From IMG/VR virus record IMGVR_UViG_3300025828_004167, positions 8,805 through 72,804 of that record: DNA of 64,000 nucleotides; one strand, 5' to 3'. This stretch comes from a virus. The translations under genes and the position numbers were made by a program. Each line of letters starts with the position of its first letter. Position 1 is the first letter of the stretch. Under the pieces are notes generated by a model. That model did not search any database, was not told the origin of the DNA, and worked only from the letters and a program-made list of their open reading frames with translations. Positions 40,601 to 53,690 of this stretch are shown one piece after another.

Positions 40601-43600
40601 ATATTTCTGGTTGGTGCTTCTAGTTGAACTTGTTGTTGGTTCAGCAATCTTGTGTGCCCATCCAAAATTCAGATCTTCATTTGCTGTGGATCCGTCTGTG
40701 GGTGCAGTCAATGTTGAAAGAGGACCATACTTGAATGTGTCTGGATCCCATACGTAAATCTTGATTAGCCCTTCGTTGTAATACCTAGTGCTTCCGTCAT
40801 TGGTCAGTACATTCGTGTATGGTGCACCTGCGATCACGAAGTTCTCGTCTGTGCTGATCGACAATGATTCACCCAACCTGCTGGTGTTGTCATCGTTGTC
40901 GGTCATCGTGGTGGTGGCCTGTACGGAATATTCCGTACCAGCACTGTGACTAGATCTGAATAAGAAGTGTATTTCGCCTTGTCCTTTGCCTGGTGCCGAT
41001 ATGACTGCTGTCCTTCCGTCGTTACGCGCCACTACACGGTATCCGAAATCTTGATCTGCGGTCGTTGTGTCTGGGGACAGCGTCCTAAATTCTGTGTATG
41101 GATCCTGCTTCTCATAAACACGCCACAGCCCTGAACTGTCCGCGTCAGCGAAAACCTTGTCGCCCTCTACCTTGACCTGTTGGTTCTCATCCTTGTCATT
41201 GTAAACATTGTAGTTGATCCTGTCATTAACATTGTCCATCGAACTTAACCTCACGGAAACAAACTTGTAAACGTTGCCGTAACTGTCCGCCGTTGAACCG
41301 TCCGCCAGGGTCGGTATGAAGTCAACATTGTCATCGTAGTCCACTATCACGGTCTTGTGGTCCGGCACGCTGGCCACCTGGAACACCCTGTTCAGTGTCG
41401 TGGCCTCACTGTTTGAGATCGCGAAGTAGTCGGCCTCGGTGGTGTTTGATCCTGCTGACAGTCCATGTGAACCTGTGAACTGTATCAACAGTCTCGTGGC
41501 ATTCTCTGAAGTGCTAAGTTGATCTATCTTGATTCCGGCACTGGTCAGCCTGAACACGTCCCAGTCCTTGTTCTGCTTGTTGGCGACCCATATGAGATCA
41601 TTCTTTGTGATCGAGTTGATGTCAAGGTTCAGTAGGTCTGATATGTCAAACGCCGTGTGCTGTACCTGTTCCGTTTGTGGATAACCCGCTGTCTTGTACA
41701 CCTGTGCCTTGTCCCTGTCCACCCCGGCCTTGGTATAGTCTAGGAGTGAGAAAGTGCTGGCGGCCGTATACTCCACAGGTTTCCTGTAAAGAGTTTCCTT
41801 GATTACCGCCAATGATCTTCGATATTCTTTCGTGTCTGCTGTGTTATCTAATAACTCGATGCTCTGGGGATCTGCATTAACTTGATCATCACTCAAGGTG
41901 ATCTGTATGTTTTCCACGGAGTCTGTGTTGCCGAACACACCGGTCCTGATCATCCATTCTGGGTAGAGGCTTAGATTGATGTCTGAATTTTCATACTTGG
42001 CCTTGAGCAATTTATCGATCGCGGCCTGTGTGCCCTTCTCTCTGATGTATCCTTGATAAAACTTGTACTGTGATACGTCATTCACAAACAAGTTCTCTAG
42101 GTAATCCCTCGATTGGTAACCTATCAGCCTCTGTGCCAACTGTTGTTGTGATTCGTCGAAGTTGTTGGTCTCGAGATTGTAGAAATCATTGAACTGAGAT
42201 ATCTTGTAGTCGAAGTTGGGTATCAGTTGCGGTGCTGGCTTGTCTGCTTTCAGCGTCCAATTAGTGCTGTCAAATGTACCAGTCGAGTTATGATTGATCT
42301 TCGCAACATAGAACTTGCCTTGGTACTCTACAGAATCACCTATCCTATAATTGGTGTTGTCTTCCCAGTACGTGACCTGCGCGGCGTCGAAAACAAAACC
42401 TGGTGCGTAATAGTCGCCATTCCAGTTTGCTGTTTTCCAGCCCACTAGTTTCAACCTCTGTTGTCTGAATCCCGTGAATGGTTCATATATTATGTCTGAG
42501 AACACTGTGCTGTTGTCAAATATCAACACATGTTCCTTCTGAACTGTGTTTAATGAAATATTGTATAACCCGATGTCTTGGGATTTGACACTCAAGTCAA
42601 AAGTTTTACCAACACGTTTTGTTGATATCTCACGTATGTCTATCTTCCTACCTCCAGCGTCTAACAATGAGTAGTCGCCTGCAAGGTTCCTTAACCTACC
42701 AACTATGCTGTTGTTGGTATCTAATTCAAAACCGTCCGCGGCCGGTGACACTGTAATTGCCGAACCAGGTGACCACTCTTGTGTGGTCCAGAACAGGAAT
42801 TCTCTGACTGCGTTGGTCCAGTTGAGTGTCTCCTTTATCTCATTCGAATATTTGTTGAATCGGAAACTCTGCGATTCTAACCAGTGTCCATATCCCAGTA
42901 GGAAATCCGCCACGTCCTGAATGGTGCTGAACACATAACCATAAGGTATGGTCTGCACGGTCTCTTGATAATTCTTGTATTGTGAAACAGCCACTGACCC
43001 TGTTACAGATAATGTGCCAGCGACAGTGGATTTTGCTGGATAGTTGAACTTGAAGTAAGGTTTTGTTGTTGAGTAACCCAGCACTTTGTATCCTCCCAAC
43101 AGTGTCGACCCGTCTACACCTATGTCCGTGTTTTTTTCGATCAACACGCCTGAGTAGTTAAAGCTCTCAACCGGATTGGATGTTCTAAACAGAATCTTGT
43201 AGTTCTCGTCTGGTATGAATTTAGATCCCGAGGTGGATCCCGGAGAAACAGAATCGGTCAGTACCTTGATGTTGTCCTTGTCAGTGAACCCTCCCAACTT
43301 GTAGGCCAACTGCACATTCAAGTTTTTCATCTTGTCATAATAGAATGTTTTTGGATCTAGGTTCTTGGCCACCATGTGGTTTACCACAAAAACTTGGTAC
43401 CCCGCTGTCTGATATCTCGTTGTTATTCCCGTGTTGTTGTCCGTCAAAGTTTCGAGGTGATATTTCGCGTTCGAAAGTTGTTTCCTTATTCCCGTGTCGG
43501 CGTATATCTGGTTCCCGGCAACGTTTGTGGATAACCTGGAAACATCAAAGAAGTTCGAGAAGAACTTGGCCGGTTTTGTTATGGCCAGTGTCTTCATGAC

Positions 43601-46600
43601 CGTGAAAGGGTATGCTGACGACCTTCTCCATGCCGTCTCCGCTGGTGCTTGGTCACCAAACTTCCAAGGCTGTCTCCTGCTTGGTATGTCAAAATTATCT
43701 ATCAGTCTCGCCGCGATCGGATCGAGCAAGTTACCCGAAGCGTCCACTGGTAGATAGTTGGCGATGCCTGGCTTGCCATACCTGCCGGCCGCTGTGGCAA
43801 CCGCGTTCCATAGTATGTCATTGCCAGAAGTGTAGGGTGCTGGTCCGTAGGTGTCATCCCATGTGCTTGGTTTCTCGGAGTACCCCAACATCTCCCATGG
43901 TCTAGTGTGTGGTGCGTCTGTGTCGTAGTGGTACTTGTAGATGGCCCTCCAGTGTCCTGGCAGTTTAGCACCAGTCAGTCTGCCCGTCGAGTTGGCATAG
44001 TTGTAAGTGAACGGAGATCCCTCCGAGAACGTTGTGTTATTGATGTACTGCACACTGTTACGTCCCGCCCACACATAGAAGTCAGTGCCCATGATGTCAT
44101 CTATCTCTACGAGGGTGTAATCTGTAGATTTAAACGCACTTGGTAGGACATCATGTATGTCTAACAACGTGCTGTCGTATGCTGTCTTGCAGTTGTTGTA
44201 TATCCTCTTTTCGAGTTCCAGTATCAGATCATCACGTTCATCACCGTAGGCCTTGATTATAGATCCGTCGTGTCTTCTTATTACTGTAGTGTTGGTTGTG
44301 TATGTGTCATCCGTGAATAACTCGGGTTTGAATTTTGGATACATTCCCAACTTGGTAGGCGTTGGCGGTATGTAACTTCCAGTTGTGTCGGCGTAATCCT
44401 TGATCACTATTGTGTCGCCCACTGCAAGTGCTTTTGATATGTTTATACTATCGTCGGTTGTGCTGAATGTGTAATCTGTGCCCAATACAAGTTGTGTGTC
44501 ATTAAGATAAACGTATACCGCCCTGTTACTCAGTGTTGTGACATTGTGCTGTGAATCCATAGCGTAATCTTTTTGGGAAGTGCCCTGTACCGTGTATGTC
44601 CTTGTTGAGACGTTTTGTCCCCAACCCACCATATCCTCGTAGAAAAACGGAAATGAACTGTTCTTGCCTACGTTAATACTTTCGATTATCTCATCCACAC
44701 GATCTCTAGCCACACCCTCGTATGCCGTTCCGATTGCTTTTGTCAAGAATGCGTTGTACCATTTCTCGTATTCCTGGTTGACGTAGTCAATGGCCGCGAT
44801 GGCGTTTGCTTCCTGGTCCACTAGATTGAATATCGCTGGCACCAACGGTGCCTCGTGTTGGTGTATAGTACCACCTTTCAATCTCGCTTCCGGTATGTCC
44901 CTGAGATTCGTAGCACCTGGGACCGCGCCTGTGAGATCTTGGTTCTTGTCAAATATGTCAGTGACATGTTTCAGTATCTGTCCATACGTGAACGTGCCTA
45001 TGGTCTGGTTTAAACTGTTCGTTGAGAGGTTCTCGGGTATCTCATAGATGCCCTTGTTAGTGACCTTGATGGCACTGCTGTAGCCGGCTATCCTGATTTG
45101 ATCATTGACTTTCAGTTCTTTGACGAATCTCACATACTTGTTGGTTGTGCCGTTGACCAAGGTGTAGTCCGTGGTCAGTGTCTTCCTCACACCATTCACT
45201 GACACACTTATCTCCAGATCCGTTAATGACGCGGAGTTGGTGTAGAAATCAATTGGAAAGAGTCTCTTCTCTGTGTCATCGACTATATGCGTCCTGATCA
45301 CACGCTGTTTGCTCTCGTTGGTACGCTTGATCCAAGCACTCTTGCTATTGTGCGTGGTCCTGCCTGTTGTGTAGTGTAGGTGTCCCTCGGCCAAGTTCTT
45401 GGTCACTGTCTTGCCATCCACTTGATATGTGAACGTTCCTGACGTATGATCAGATTCGAAAACCATGTCTCCCACGTTATTGATGGTGTTGTACTTGACC
45501 TTTATACCCAGCACCGTGTCTGTGGTCGCAGTGTCTGACGTGGCATAGGCAAATACTTTGGCTCCTGCGAATGACGAGTTGGGATACGCCGTGGCGTCGT
45601 CGAAACTGGTGTGGTTGTTGTCGTACATGTTGAACAACGGCTGTTGGTTCAACGCTGTCTTCTGTTGTGTAATTTTCCATGTTGTGGAAGCGGCATCATA
45701 GTAGTATGACTTACCCTTGTTGTTAACTCCACCTTTGACAAACACCGTGTCCTTGTCCAGTGCCGTGCCGTTAGTGTCCTCGTTCAATGTCAACGACAGC
45801 ACCGTGGAATCACCTGCGTCGACGAAGTTGGCCACGTATACCTTACTCCTCACCAACGGATCGGTGTCCGCCGAGAATATGATCCTCATGCCGTCTGTTA
45901 TGGCAGTCTCGTCACAGAAGTATCCAAACTGTCCTGAGACCTGACTGAACGCGTCCCTGGTGGTCGTGTCGAAGAGGTCCACTGGATTCTTGGCCACTGT
46001 TCCTGAGTTGTACAGTGACAGTCCCGAATCAAATTCAATTATGGGTCTCTTGGCCCTGTCCGTCTCATCAAGAACCGTGCTTGTTCCATTTACCTGCGAC
46101 GCTTTTTCTATCACGGATCTGTGGAACCACCTGTTGTATCTTGACCATGCGTTGTGATCTAGTGAATCCCTCTTGATTGTTATGTAATCCTTATCCACCG
46201 GAGAACCATCCGTGGCGTAGCTCTCTGGAGTGGCCAGCACCGTGGTATCGGTCAAGGTGATTGCATCTCCAACCCCCTCTACGTAGTATTCCTTGTTCCT
46301 GTACGCGGCTGGGACCTTGCTGGAACTGAACTTGATCTTCATGCCGTTTGAAAATGCCAGTGTCCTCAATTTGTAATTCTTGACTCCCACTATGTCGTCG
46401 GCCACGTTGATCTGTGATGTGGAGGCCACTGTCCTTATGTGTAGTATTCCGTACATGCCGTCATGATTACCACACTGGTAATATAAAGTGTCGGGTGCTC
46501 CGTCTGGCACCACAAATGTCACAGTGCCCTGATCAGCACCGTTGTTGGTCACACCAGATGTGTACAACACCGATGTTGACCCATCAGCGCCAATACCGTC

Positions 46601-47308
46601 CCTGCTGGGCTCGGTCATTATGTAGAATGGATGTCCCTGTGCTTCCACTGTGAACTTGTAGGTGTTGCCCCTCCAGAGCGTCATGTCTGGATTCCTCTCG
46701 TTCTCGAGATGTCGGAAAGTGTATGCCCTTCCGGAAGATCCGTCATCGGGTAGTGCTTCCACCTTGTATTCCGCTACCGCACCTGTGCCGACTGAATCAA
46801 TTTCTATGGCGCTCGGTCCATTGGGTAGCCAGTAGTATTCTCTGTAGTTGACCAACTTGTCGTAGTCTATGGCCGGGTTCCAACTGTACACGGTCTCCTT
46901 GTTGAGCCTGTCATGGTTGTCGACCTTGCCTCCTAGGTACTGGATCTGATTGATGTAGTCGTCATACGTTCCTGTGAACTTGACCTGGTCCTCTGGATTC
47001 ACCGAAGTTGTGTCTCTGTCCGTGTATGTCACGGCTGGTTCCAATTGATATGCGAACCTATCCCTGCTGGTGGCGCCTATGTATCTGTCTGTGATCTGCC
47101 TGGTGTAAGCGTCCTGCCTTCCTACGAACCCGTCTAATCTCTCCAGTTGACCTTTCTGTACTAGTGGATCTAAAGTGCTGGCCAGGAAACGCTGGTTGGT
47201 GTCGGTCCTGTAAAACGCTGGTAGGTGCTGTACCGTCCTACGATACTCGTTCGTGCCCTGCTTGACGACTTCGTTGTTGGTCAGTGCGTTAATTGGATCG
47301 TCGGCCAT
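34670..47308 (-). CDS. Giant (4212 aa) baseplate wedge/gp7-like structural protein with cupredoxin-like domain, FG-GAP propeller and GDGST-type repeats
   Basis: Follows gp6-like gene; [10 protein letters not shown], multiple FG...GAP repeats, GxGY.xxPTVTITG repeats. Confidence 0.8.
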   Translation of the reverse strand: MADDPINALTNNEVVKQGTNEYRRTVQHLPAFYRTDTNQRFLASTLDPLVQKGQLERLDGFVGRQDAYTRQITDRYIGATSRDRFAYQLEPAVTYTDRDTTSVNPEDQVKFTGTYDDYINQIQYLGGKVDNHDRLNKETVYSWNPAIDYDKLVNYREYYWLPNGPSAIEIDSVGTGAVAEYKVEALPDDGSSGRAYTFRHLENERNPDMTLWRGNTYKFTVEAQGHPFYIMTEPSRDGIGADGSTSVLYTSGVTNNGADQGTVTFVVPDGAPDTLYYQCGNHDGMYGILHIRTVASTSQINVADDIVGVKNYKLRTLAFSNGMKIKFSSSKVPAAYRNKEYYVEGVGDAITLTDTTVLATPESYATDGSPVDKDYITIKRDSLDHNAWSRYNRWFHRSVIEKASQVNGTSTVLDETDRAKRPIIEFDSGLSLYNSGTVAKNPVDLFDTTTRDAFSQVSGQFGYFCDETAITDGMRIIFSADTDPLVRSKVYVANFVDAGDSTVLSLTLNEDTNGTALDKDTVFVKGGVNNKGKSYYYDAASTTWKITQQKTALNQQPLFNMYDNNHTSFDDATAYPNSSFAGAKVFAYATSDTATTDTVLGIKVKYNTINNVGDMVFESDHTSGTFTYQVDGKTVTKNLAEGHLHYTTGRTTHNSKSAWIKRTNESKQRVIRTHIVDDTEKRLFPIDFYTNSASLTDLEISVSVNGVRKTLTTDYTLVNGTTNKYVRFVKELKVNDQIRIAGYSSAIKVTNKGIYEIPENLSTNSLNQTIGTFTYGQILKHVTDIFDKNQDLTGAVPGATNLRDIPEARLKGGTIHQHEAPLVPAIFNLVDQEANAIAAIDYVNQEYEKWYNAFLTKAIGTAYEGVARDRVDEIIESINVGKNSSFPFFYEDMVGWGQNVSTRTYTVQGTSQKDYAMDSQHNVTTLSNRAVYVYLNDTQLVLGTDYTFSTTDDSINISKALAVGDTIVIKDYADTTGSYIPPTPTKLGMYPKFKPELFTDDTYTTNTTVIRRHDGSIIKAYGDERDDLILELEKRIYNNCKTAYDSTLLDIHDVLPSAFKSTDYTLVEIDDIMGTDFYVWAGRNSVQYINNTTFSEGSPFTYNYANSTGRLTGAKLPGHWRAIYKYHYDTDAPHTRPWEMLGYSEKPSTWDDTYGPAPYTSGNDILWNAVATAAGRYGKPGIANYLPVDASGNLLDPIAARLIDNFDIPSRRQPWKFGDQAPAETAWRRSSAYPFTVMKTLAITKPAKFFSNFFDVSRLSTNVAGNQIYADTGIRKQLSNAKYHLETLTDNNTGITTRYQTAGYQVFVVNHMVAKNLDPKTFYYDKMKNLNVQLAYKLGGFTDKDNIKVLTDSVSPGSTSGSKFIPDENYKILFRTSNPVESFNYSGVLIEKNTDIGVDGSTLLGGYKVLGYSTTKPYFKFNYPAKSTVAGTLSVTGSVAVSQYKNYQETVQTIPYGYVFSTIQDVADFLLGYGHWLESQSFRFNKYSNEIKETLNWTNAVREFLFWTTQEWSPGSAITVSPAADGFELDTNNSIVGRLRNLAGDYSLLDAGGRKIDIREISTKRVGKTFDLSVKSQDIGLYNISLNTVQKEHVLIFDNSTVFSDIIYEPFTGFRQQRLKLVGWKTANWNGDYYAPGFVFDAAQVTYWEDNTNYRIGDSVEYQGKFYVAKINHNSTGTFDSTNWTLKADKPAPQLIPNFDYKISQFNDFYNLETNNFDESQQQLAQRLIGYQSRDYLENLFVNDVSQYKFYQGYIREKGTQAAIDKLLKAKYENSDINLSLYPEWMIRTGVFGNTDSVENIQITLSDDQVNADPQSIELLDNTADTKEYRRSLAVIKETLYRKPVEYTAASTFSLLDYTKAGVDRDKAQVYKTAGYPQTEQVQHTAFDISDLLNLDINSITKNDLIWVANKQNKDWDVFRLTSAGIKIDQLSTSENATRLLIQFTGSHGLSAGSNTTEADYFAISNSEATTLNRVFQVASVPDHKTVIVDYDDNVDFIPTLADGSTADSYGNVYKFVSVRLSSMDNVNDRINYNVYNDKDENQQVKVEGDKVFADADSSGLWRVYEKQDPYTEFRTLSPDTTTADQDFGYRVVARNDGRTAVISAPGKGQGEIHFLFRSSHSAGTEYSVQATTTMTDNDDNTSRLGESLSISTDENFVIAGAPYTNVLTNDGSTRYYNEGLIKIYVWDPDTFKYGPLSTLTAPTDGSTANEDLNFGWAHKIAEPTTSSTRSTNQKYLFVTAPGHNNDTGRVYMYTWGIGADGSTYDTWTQDLIIDAPAGGSGQRFGHKLEVNDNGDILVVSSVASGNAGKVEIFVRTSQANDESTINSFALAQTLTGVEQDGSTLNTSFGESIAMSKDGTTLAIGAPGVDNADQADAGAVYIYKWNRDGSTNTYTLDQTINEPGDISDAKFGSSLSMNQSGTRLIIGAEKSANPRPMKFDSGETTFDLQDTNIIDLNTGSGAAYTATVYNTKFVLDDRIISDNVSENDDFGRGVCMIDNNLFIGAPKDEGNTGLTNDGTVYCYDLKVEDEYAWKNITTETVLVDIAKLGQVFDFDNKTKQIRDYYDLYDPMKGRILGVADREINIKSPWDPAVYNTGDNANTKTPWAENHIGEVWWDLSTVKWLWYEQGTQEYKVNNWGKTFPGSSIDIYEWTESQFTPTEWNTLSGTQEGAFSSVTGEASENFTVVQKYDSRVDTFVNRYYFWVKNRSSIPSNSVVNRKNTTALVANLIRNPENSGMKYYSVTDTNKLIINGVNDLVNSDIVLNVDIRTNSFDGDAHSVWKLVREGDPDYRPGHQIESRWWDSLCGKNISGDAVPDVDLSLNQKYGNNIRPRQSWYVDRFSALKEIIDYANSVLKKNQLVGQISLTNLDAKEPEPTSASGLWDGQVDTYAELGYLNTGDLSGTVNYLVKSDETANNYWAIYQWDGTEWSRTRIQTYNTSNYWSYTDWYKTDGDMVHDENTVIDKQVTFEYELDALDLAVGKHVKVTSADTGGWKLFMRTATGWENVGTENGTIRLSTKLYDYSQDATGYDGEDNFDDNTFDQEPVTETRKILTALRDDLFIGDLKFEYNTLFFTGLRKVLEEQTYVDWMFKTSFITAVNKVRQFDQRKTYTTGTDDWIESYINEVKPFHTKLREYKLGYNAPEQHDGVITDFDNPPFYDESIGKIRSINPATETTRLTQYPWQLWYDYHRKHVQSITVFYGGSGYEVAPTVTITGDDSTSATATATISGGAVTSITVTGIGFGYSTTPTVTITGGKADGSTPTDVAKAYANLGNDLVRDFNTTIKFDRIASTSTVVNWAANTSYAYGDKIRYDNELYKAVSPFTSTTDFDDNIGAVSKYYGDESGLTAADRIKGFYTPAAGMPGNELSQVMSGVDYGGTMVTGLLFTQSQGWDQSAWYDYPWDNYGLSRTVPFLADGSTNSYTFPTAPASGSVYYVYTSKDDSTRTKLSDVITGDGSTTTFTLSTTPDENALVEFIPADDDGVLTPTDDRTLDSIIKGGLFTKDGLYASALGSAPSDINVDGDEFLSPTTSYAPEEVVPGQIFDTVDIKVYTSPESGVPFITEKTYIGNGSTTTYSIGEYPGSLASVMVTVDGVTKKVSLDGSTAADYTVDVAAKTITFTSAPANTSIITTKVFAISGQNYRVLDQYTGDGSTVEFATSVREDFNIDSTASEIYVTKNGLPTTAFTSTVSSGSSFSNTLTITFVEPPAAGDFIQVAGFQKTGISRSVAQIRAEDIIYDGSTTTLPMTFPPGSVSPFHALTIVELDGKVLRGPDTTYYVGDGTTYSFGVTSGLSDGSTVDPAKVITSKDQIEVHYNGRKLVEGTVAQEGNYEVDLVTQTVHMQGTGAVEGDVIAITTLVDKHYTIDGGDSSSALVLDTAQIAADGHTLTNGSVLRVTTFNNALGTKMRREVLEGRPSGVHELYYTPLNSSYMFVWLNGQQLAQGFDYTLSGSTITISGKTIVSSDRLDVMYFALETATGATGYRIFKDMMNRTFYKRISKTHTTELTQTLSVDDETITVADGSVLANPQTVIGLDGSTVSTIIPGVVFIGKERIEYFTKTNNQLGQIKRGTLGTGVKEHGSGTAVVDASGTQTIPYVDTIYTNTFTGDGSTIAFTLSQTPSFASELDIFIGGQRLLLTSEDGSTINYSVDGSTNVVTLSTAPADAVQIKILHKRGQVWYTAKDGNPADGKGLQGSTSQQAQFIAEEPTNAPE

Positions 47309-50300
47309 TAATATCCTGCCCCACTACTGCCGGTGCTTGAACCGGAACCTGTTGTAGTAGAGCCTGATACCGCTGATCCTGTGGTGGTGTTGATAGTGGC
47401 AGTTGATGTTGATGTGACCACAGTTCCCGAAGCCTCAAGTTGATTGGCTCCAAGCGCTGTTATTATTGACACATCATCAACGGTGGCCCCACTGATGAAA
47501 ATCTCGTCTGCCGCTGAGTTTATCTGAAACAGAGACCCAAAACCCTGTCCTGATTGGTTTGGTACTATCACAACCGTCAGTAAGTCTGGTGCTAACTGGT
47601 TGTGTACATATGCGGCTAATTCTGTGAAATAGAAAGTGTCTCCGAAGTCCCAGTTGTCTAAGGCAAAGAACTCGTTTATAGCGGCGATCACCCTGGTCTT
47701 GATCACTGCGTCTGTGACATTGGTTTTTGAGTTCTTCACGACCTTGAATGTTGCTTGAAGTTCTTCATTGGCACTTGTTCCAAATAATATCTTGTACTTG
47801 ACCGGATGATACACTATCTGATCGGACAGAGATTTCAATGGGTTTAACACACCCGAATAGTTTATACGCAGTGTGTCTGAAGTAGATGTTGTGGGTTTTG
47901 ATCCACCGTCCTGTAGCCAAATCCTGAATAGGTTGTCATAGGTCCTCTCCAATAGGTAGACATCCACTATGTTTGAAACGCTAGGATCTATCCTGGTCTC
48001 TTGTCCTGCGTGGTGTTTGTACTGGAAGTCTATAGAACTTCTGCCTCTCCTCGCATAGTAATCTGTGGTTGTTGTCAAAATGTTTGTGGTTGAACTGTAC
48101 TTCTTGACAACATTTTCCGTGTCTGCGTAAAAATAAAATAGTTGTCCGTCGGTGTATGTTGTTGTGTTTAGATTGATGTCAGTTTCGTTCTGTGTCACCA
48201 CGAAGTTACTCGCCGCGTAAGGTCGGAATCTTTCTATGGTGTCATATGAGATATACTTCTCGAAGAACACGAATTTTGTAGACACCGATGTGTCTGGTTC
48301 CACGAATATATCAAACAGTTCTGGGTTGTCTACGACGCCGTCGTCGTCACGGTCATAGAAACCAACCTTGATCTTCCTGTTGTCTTGGAATCCGTCGGCT
48401 TCGGTCACTGTGTCCGTGACCTGCCATGTGATGGGATGACCTATTGCGTTTCCTGAAGATAAAATAGAATTTGTCTTTAAAATTTTAACCGTATCTTTGA
48501 CCACATTACCGGTCTTGTAATCGTAGATTCTTTCCTCCGTGTCATAATGGAATTTGTTCTGTGATTCTGATTCAAAAATGTAGTCCAGTTTTCTGTAGTG
48601 CACTGTGTAGGTGTTGCCGTCATTGGTGAATTTGAACCACCAACTGGCGTCTAGATTGGTGCCAGCAGTACTACCAGTGTTTGCTAGACTGAACACAGTG
48701 CTGGTGCTTAGGTTGGTAGTTGTTATAACTCTCCATTCTTCGCTGTCCACATCATATCTAAGACCAAAGTCCTCATAGTTTTCTATCCTGTCTATGATAT
48801 CTGCCTCCAGCACAGTCGAAAAAGCAGTTGTGAAACTCGGGATCACCGCATTCAACACAGCACCGTTGGGTATAATATCATTCAGTGTGATAGGTCCCAC
48901 TCCTGTGGAAAGATTACCTTGTCCGTTGTTCGAACCATCTCCCACAACGTCTGATATCTTAGCCCAGGCTCTGTCCTCGGCGTTGTCTGTACCTGATGTC
49001 ACTAGTGTTCCGTTCAAGAACTTTCTAGTGTCTGGTGATGTAAATTTTATCAGAGCACCTTCCTTGGCATATTTGAGATTAGATGTTGCAAAATTTCCCA
49101 CAGCCAACGCACCGCCCGATGTGAAGTACCCAGTGTTAGTGTTGGTCGTGGTTGTTGTGGAATTCCATGTCGCTGTCAGTGACGTCAGGCTTTTGGCATC
49201 GTACTTGTCATAATAGAACTGCCTGGCATACGCTTCTTTTAATTTTGTTTCAACAGAACCATCAAGGACTGATTGTATTTCGCTCCTGTTGTTGAAGGTA
49301 AATGTGAATGTTGGTGTGCTCTCTTCCCTGTAGAGAATTCCGTCCTCAGCGAACACTGAAACGTTTGAATATGCCCCTGTTGGATCCAGTATCTCCTTGG
49401 CCCTTGAGATTCCCGAAGCGCTTCTGTTCACAGATCTAACCTTGACGATTTCTTGTGATGCCGACAATGGCACAACTTGGTAGTCTTCCGCTGTGATCAT
49501 CCTGTTCTGAGAGTAGTAAACCTGTGCCGCTTTTTCTCTGATCGAGTCATTTGATTCCGTCGCGGCCGAATTATAAACCGATTGTTTAAGACTCAAGGTA
49601 ATCGTCAAAGTCTGTTGTGAACCATTAGCGTCTATGTAAGGAACAGATAATGATACCGCCTGCATGTCGGCAGGTTGTATTGCATACTTGGCGTTGTCGC
49701 TGATCCTGTAGTATGTTCTAAAGTTGCCCAATGGTAGATTAGAGAAGTTGCCGTCGCCAAACACAAGATCTATCGTGTCGTTGTTTTTTGTGACAACATT
49801 GTAAATATTCCTTATATCTTTTGATAAAGAATTATAGATGGCGTTGTTGCCTGTCAGTGCTGGTACCTTGGTCCACTGTTCCGCAATCTGTCCAAACTGA
49901 TCCAATCTATACAACCATACATCGGTATTGTTAACATTACTGGTATCAAAACTTTTAACATAGTTTGTTATGGCGGTGTCTACAGAAAACTCCTGTCTCT
50001 CTATAGTTCCTTGTTTGAAAAGGAAAAAGAATCCTGTGCTGTTGGAACTATCTCCTGCTCCATCCGACCTATATGTGTATGTCAATCCGGTTCCGGGTAC
50101 TGGAGACGATTCATAGATCGACTCCGAATCTGTTATAGTACTCGACACTATTTCAAATGCCCTTGTTGTTCCACCAATGCTTTTACTGAAAGTGAATATC
50201 GGCAAATCCAGTTGATTGGAACTTAAAGTGTATACCTCTGTATCGACTCCACCTATCTTGTTTGCTTCTCTAGGACTGCCGAACAGTTGTCCGGTCTGGT

Positions 50301-50790
50301 TGGCCGCGTTCAATATAGCAATAAATTGTTCTCTGTAATTGGAGTTGGCGGAATCATTCCAAATTATAGTTTGGTTCGCTAAGTTTGTTCCCGAACTGTC
50401 ATTGACATTCTGTGTAGTAGATATAGAATCTACTTTTAATAGTCCTGTGGCTGGAAGGTTTCTCTTTGCGTTGTAGTTGATCAGACGTGCAAGCCTTAAA
50501 ATAGAATTCCTCCTCTCGGCTGTCTCTAGGAAGTTCTCCCTTGCGTTGAGATCAACCCTGAATGACAGGGCCTGTGCTATGTAGGCTATCAGATCTATGA
50601 GGGCCACATACTCAGAACTCTCAACGAAATCATTGAAGTCATCTGGATAGTTCTCCTGAAGATACGCCACCATAGTTCTCCTCAGTGTCTCGAAGTCGTA
50701 ACTTTTGAAGTCTGCCTGTTGGAAAGCCTGGTAGATCTTACGCCAATCCTCGGCTACTAGTAATCTGTTCTGTCTATCTGTTGTGGCCAT
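47308..50790 (-). CDS. gp6: Baseplate wedge protein, T4 gp6-like
   Basis: [24 protein letters not shown]...[20 protein letters not shown]. Confidence 0.85.
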   Translation of the reverse strand: MATTDRQNRLLVAEDWRKIYQAFQQADFKSYDFETLRRTMVAYLQENYPDDFNDFVESSEYVALIDLIAYIAQALSFRVDLNARENFLETAERRNSILRLARLINYNAKRNLPATGLLKVDSISTTQNVNDSSGTNLANQTIIWNDSANSNYREQFIAILNAANQTGQLFGSPREANKIGGVDTEVYTLSSNQLDLPIFTFSKSIGGTTRAFEIVSSTITDSESIYESSPVPGTGLTYTYRSDGAGDSSNSTGFFFLFKQGTIERQEFSVDTAITNYVKSFDTSNVNNTDVWLYRLDQFGQIAEQWTKVPALTGNNAIYNSLSKDIRNIYNVVTKNNDTIDLVFGDGNFSNLPLGNFRTYYRISDNAKYAIQPADMQAVSLSVPYIDANGSQQTLTITLSLKQSVYNSAATESNDSIREKAAQVYYSQNRMITAEDYQVVPLSASQEIVKVRSVNRSASGISRAKEILDPTGAYSNVSVFAEDGILYREESTPTFTFTFNNRSEIQSVLDGSVETKLKEAYARQFYYDKYDAKSLTSLTATWNSTTTTTNTNTGYFTSGGALAVGNFATSNLKYAKEGALIKFTSPDTRKFLNGTLVTSGTDNAEDRAWAKISDVVGDGSNNGQGNLSTGVGPITLNDIIPNGAVLNAVIPSFTTAFSTVLEADIIDRIENYEDFGLRYDVDSEEWRVITTTNLSTSTVFSLANTGSTAGTNLDASWWFKFTNDGNTYTVHYRKLDYIFESESQNKFHYDTEERIYDYKTGNVVKDTVKILKTNSILSSGNAIGHPITWQVTDTVTEADGFQDNRKIKVGFYDRDDDGVVDNPELFDIFVEPDTSVSTKFVFFEKYISYDTIERFRPYAASNFVVTQNETDINLNTTTYTDGQLFYFYADTENVVKKYSSTTNILTTTTDYYARRGRSSIDFQYKHHAGQETRIDPSVSNIVDVYLLERTYDNLFRIWLQDGGSKPTTSTSDTLRINYSGVLNPLKSLSDQIVYHPVKYKILFGTSANEELQATFKVVKNSKTNVTDAVIKTRVIAAINEFFALDNWDFGDTFYFTELAAYVHNQLAPDLLTVVIVPNQSGQGFGSLFQINSAADEIFISGATVDDVSIITALGANQLEASGTVVTSTSTATINTTTGSAVSGSTTTGSGSSTGSSGAGY

Positions 50791-50804
50791 TGTATATACA
50801 ACGG

Positions 50805-50812
50805 TATTTATA
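50805..50812 (-). promoter_or_regulatory. T4-type late promoter TATAAATA
   Basis: Exact consensus 14 nt upstream of gp6-like ATG. Confidence 0.7.
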
Positions 50813-50832
50813 TGCGAGGAAATGTGCGTATA

Positions 50833-51237
50833 TTAAGATAGACGTAGAAGCGAGTTCTCATCAAAGTTGAACCTCAGTTTCTCAGTGATGTTCAGGGGCA
50901 CATATGTTATAGTGGCCTGTATAGCCAAGCCCTTATCGGCTTCTGTGACCAGTATCTCCTGTGTGCTGATACGTGGATCCGCGTTAAGGTTTGCTGTGAC
51001 ATCCTCCACTATAGCCTCTTTCAATGCTTCCGTGAAGGGCTCAAACAACGCATCATATATTATAGTTCCAAACTCAGGATTCTCCACACGCTCGCCTTTC
51101 CTGACGGAAAGCCTGTTGATGAGGTCCTGTTTGGCAACCTCGAAGTCGTACAGTTTGAAGTTTTGCTTATCCGCACGGCTACTGAAACCCTTGAAGGTCA
51201 CTTTCCTGTTTGATAGGTCTTGGTTCTTCTCTGCCAT
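50833..51237 (-). CDS. gp25: Baseplate wedge subunit gp25-like
   Basis: KGERVENPEFG..I...LFEP, DPRI. Confidence 0.9.
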   Translation of the reverse strand: MAEKNQDLSNRKVTFKGFSSRADKQNFKLYDFEVAKQDLINRLSVRKGERVENPEFGTIIYDALFEPFTEALKEAIVEDVTANLNADPRISTQEILVTEADKGLAIQATITYVPLNITEKLRFNFDENSLLRLS

Positions 51238-53690
51238 TAGTTCAATCTCCTAAATTCCACGTCCACTTTATTATAGTCAACCATGTAGAATCCCGTGTCG
51301 GTTATAACACTGGCCCACGGCACCTCTTGTGCCATCACGCCCTGGTATGTGCCCGGCAACTGCTTGTATTTAAACTCGTAGATGTTGATTCCCTGTGCGG
51401 ATCTGCCGATTAATTTTATGTCTTCCTTCAATCTTTGGTCACTGAATTTAAATCCACTGAAGAAATTCTTGACCACACCACCTATGGCACCTATCTTGCT
51501 GGATAGATTCACTCCCACGTTCTGTAGGAAACTCTGTCCCAATCTAGAGGCGTCCCTGGCGTTGAACAGTCCCGCCTTGCTGGCCAGGCTCTTGACCTGG
51601 TTCATGCCCACTATCTTGCCACCTACAACACTTGAGTACGTCTGAGTTATACTGCTTAGGTTAGATATGCTTGGCACTATGTTGCCCGCTGAAAGATTCT
51701 TTGTGAGACCTTGAACAGAGTTCAAGGCGTTATTGGCCAAATCAATGTTGCCAGAAATTCCAGACAGTGTGTTATTACCCAGTGTGAACAGTTCACCTGC
51801 TTGATTGACGAAAACGTTGTCCTTGAACAGTTCCGTGCTCTTGCCCGTGAACGACTCCACCACCTGTGACGTTAGATTTGATGTCAGATTCTTAACATCT
51901 GTGTTGAATTCGAATCCTTTGATCTTCTCTGATATACTGTCCTTGATGTCGAAAGGTAGATTTATTTTATTTGTTATTCCGTAGATGTCATTGTACTTAG
52001 ATCCGAAGTCGGTGAGTAGTTGTTTGGCTTTGACTGCATTGGTGCTCGATCCCATCTTCTGTTTCACGTACTCCAGTGCGTCCGCTTGGTATTGCGCATC
52101 TCTAATCGCGCTGTTCTCACTCAGCCTGTTCTGCTGGTTGACGAATTCGGCCGTACCTGGTGTGTTGGCCAACTGGCTCCATCTCTTCTTGTCATCACTG
52201 TCCACCGGTATGATTCCATCATTACCGATCACGCTGGCCCTGAACATGGGTTCGTGTGTGACGAATCTGTGTACTGTGGTCTTGGTCTTCCTTGTGAACT
52301 GTTCTAGAGGTTTGATGCCTTTCTGTGTGAGCTCCACATCTCCCTCGTCCCTCAACTGCATTCCTGCTTTTTCTGGTGTGAGCCAATTTGGCCCCCACGT
52401 TGGGCTCGCGCTGGTCGAGTTGAAGTGAACCTGCGATCCCGCTAGGTGTATCTGTCCGGAAGCGCCATGTAACTGTGTGCCACCGGTGAATGATGATATT
52501 CCGTCCCTAGCATAGTCTCTTACAGATCCCGCCTGCGAACTATTAAGTATGCCCTTCTCTCCGAGGTTCAACAGTAGGTCAGCAGAGTGTATCATCTCCT
52601 TGGCCGAACTGAATCTTACCTGTCCGTTGGCATGCATGTTGATGTTGCTGTCTGAGTGCAGGTTGAAGTCTCCCTCTGTCCTCATATTGATACCACCCAC
52701 TCCGGAGTATAGATCTATCCTACCGTTGCTCTGCATCTCTATCCAGGCGTTTCCCGAACCGTTTGCTATGTACACAACACCCTCGGTGTCGTGCATCAAA
52801 AGTTGATGTCCCGAAGCAGTTCTTAACCTTGTCAGTTGGTTCGTACCGTTAACGGCACCGTCGTCCATAACAAACGTGTGACCTGTGGTCCTTGTCACGT
52901 AGTCGGTGGCTTCTGAATCTTTTGAACCCACTTTCTTCTTTGGTGTGCCGGTATCTTTCCTACCCGGTGTGCTTATACCAAACACCTGACTGGGTGTCTC
53001 TCTCCTGGCCGACGACGTCGTTGTTCCCCTAATTGGATCAGCTATCAAGCCCTGTTTCAACAACACATCCGCGAAAGGATGTATAGGTTTTGGGGTTGAC
53101 TCATAATTACCATTGGCGAGAGCACCAGGTGTGTTCCTGTTAAGTTCACCGGCTGGTACTGTTTTTGTTCCGTAATTTTTTTGCTTGTCGATTAAATCTT
53201 GTTGTGCGCCCGGGGGGCCTTCCTGTTCCCCGGTCACTTTGTCCCAAGTGTTGGCACTGGCCGCTATTCCCGGTGTCATGTGGTTGGTGTAGGGATCCTG
53301 AACACAACCTATCCAATAGGCCTGGTCCATCTTGCCCTCGGCAAATATGACGAGAACCTTGGTGTCTAGGTCAGGTGGCACCGCCCAGAAACCATACGAA
53401 TGTTGACTGTCCTCGAACTCCCTGGAAACACCGTTGGTGTACTGTGCGCCCTTGGCACCATAGAAAGGTGATAGGTAGTCACAGGTTATCAACTGCTTCT
53501 CTGTGGGGTTCTCTGTCTTTACTAGGCTTGGTATGAAAACCTTGAGCCTTCCCATCCTGGCTGGGTCCTTGTTGCCCTTGACTATGCCAAGGTAGGGTCC
53601 GGAGTTAGTGACCGACCATTCCTGGTTCCAGTTACTGCCCGACGGTTTGGGTGTCGAAGCGTGTCCTTTCAAATAATCTCTCTGTGCCAT
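51237..53690 (-). CDS. gp5: Central spike gp5/VgrG-like protein with C-terminal peptidase S74-type chaperone domain
   Basis: DP.RMGRLKV, VPPD..KVLV.F..G....YWIGC (OB fold), GH...MDD, RT.SGH; C-terminal SDQRLKEDI...GVMAQEV...VDY. Confidence 0.82.
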   Translation of the reverse strand: MAQRDYLKGHASTPKPSGSNWNQEWSVTNSGPYLGIVKGNKDPARMGRLKVFIPSLVKTENPTEKQLITCDYLSPFYGAKGAQYTNGVSREFEDSQHSYGFWAVPPDLDTKVLVIFAEGKMDQAYWIGCVQDPYTNHMTPGIAASANTWDKVTGEQEGPPGAQQDLIDKQKNYGTKTVPAGELNRNTPGALANGNYESTPKPIHPFADVLLKQGLIADPIRGTTTSSARRETPSQVFGISTPGRKDTGTPKKKVGSKDSEATDYVTRTTGHTFVMDDGAVNGTNQLTRLRTASGHQLLMHDTEGVVYIANGSGNAWIEMQSNGRIDLYSGVGGINMRTEGDFNLHSDSNINMHANGQVRFSSAKEMIHSADLLLNLGEKGILNSSQAGSVRDYARDGISSFTGGTQLHGASGQIHLAGSQVHFNSTSASPTWGPNWLTPEKAGMQLRDEGDVELTQKGIKPLEQFTRKTKTTVHRFVTHEPMFRASVIGNDGIIPVDSDDKKRWSQLANTPGTAEFVNQQNRLSENSAIRDAQYQADALEYVKQKMGSSTNAVKAKQLLTDFGSKYNDIYGITNKINLPFDIKDSISEKIKGFEFNTDVKNLTSNLTSQVVESFTGKSTELFKDNVFVNQAGELFTLGNNTLSGISGNIDLANNALNSVQGLTKNLSAGNIVPSISNLSSITQTYSSVVGGKIVGMNQVKSLASKAGLFNARDASRLGQSFLQNVGVNLSSKIGAIGGVVKNFFSGFKFSDQRLKEDIKLIGRSAQGINIYEFKYKQLPGTYQGVMAQEVPWASVITDTGFYMVDYNKVDVEFRRLN

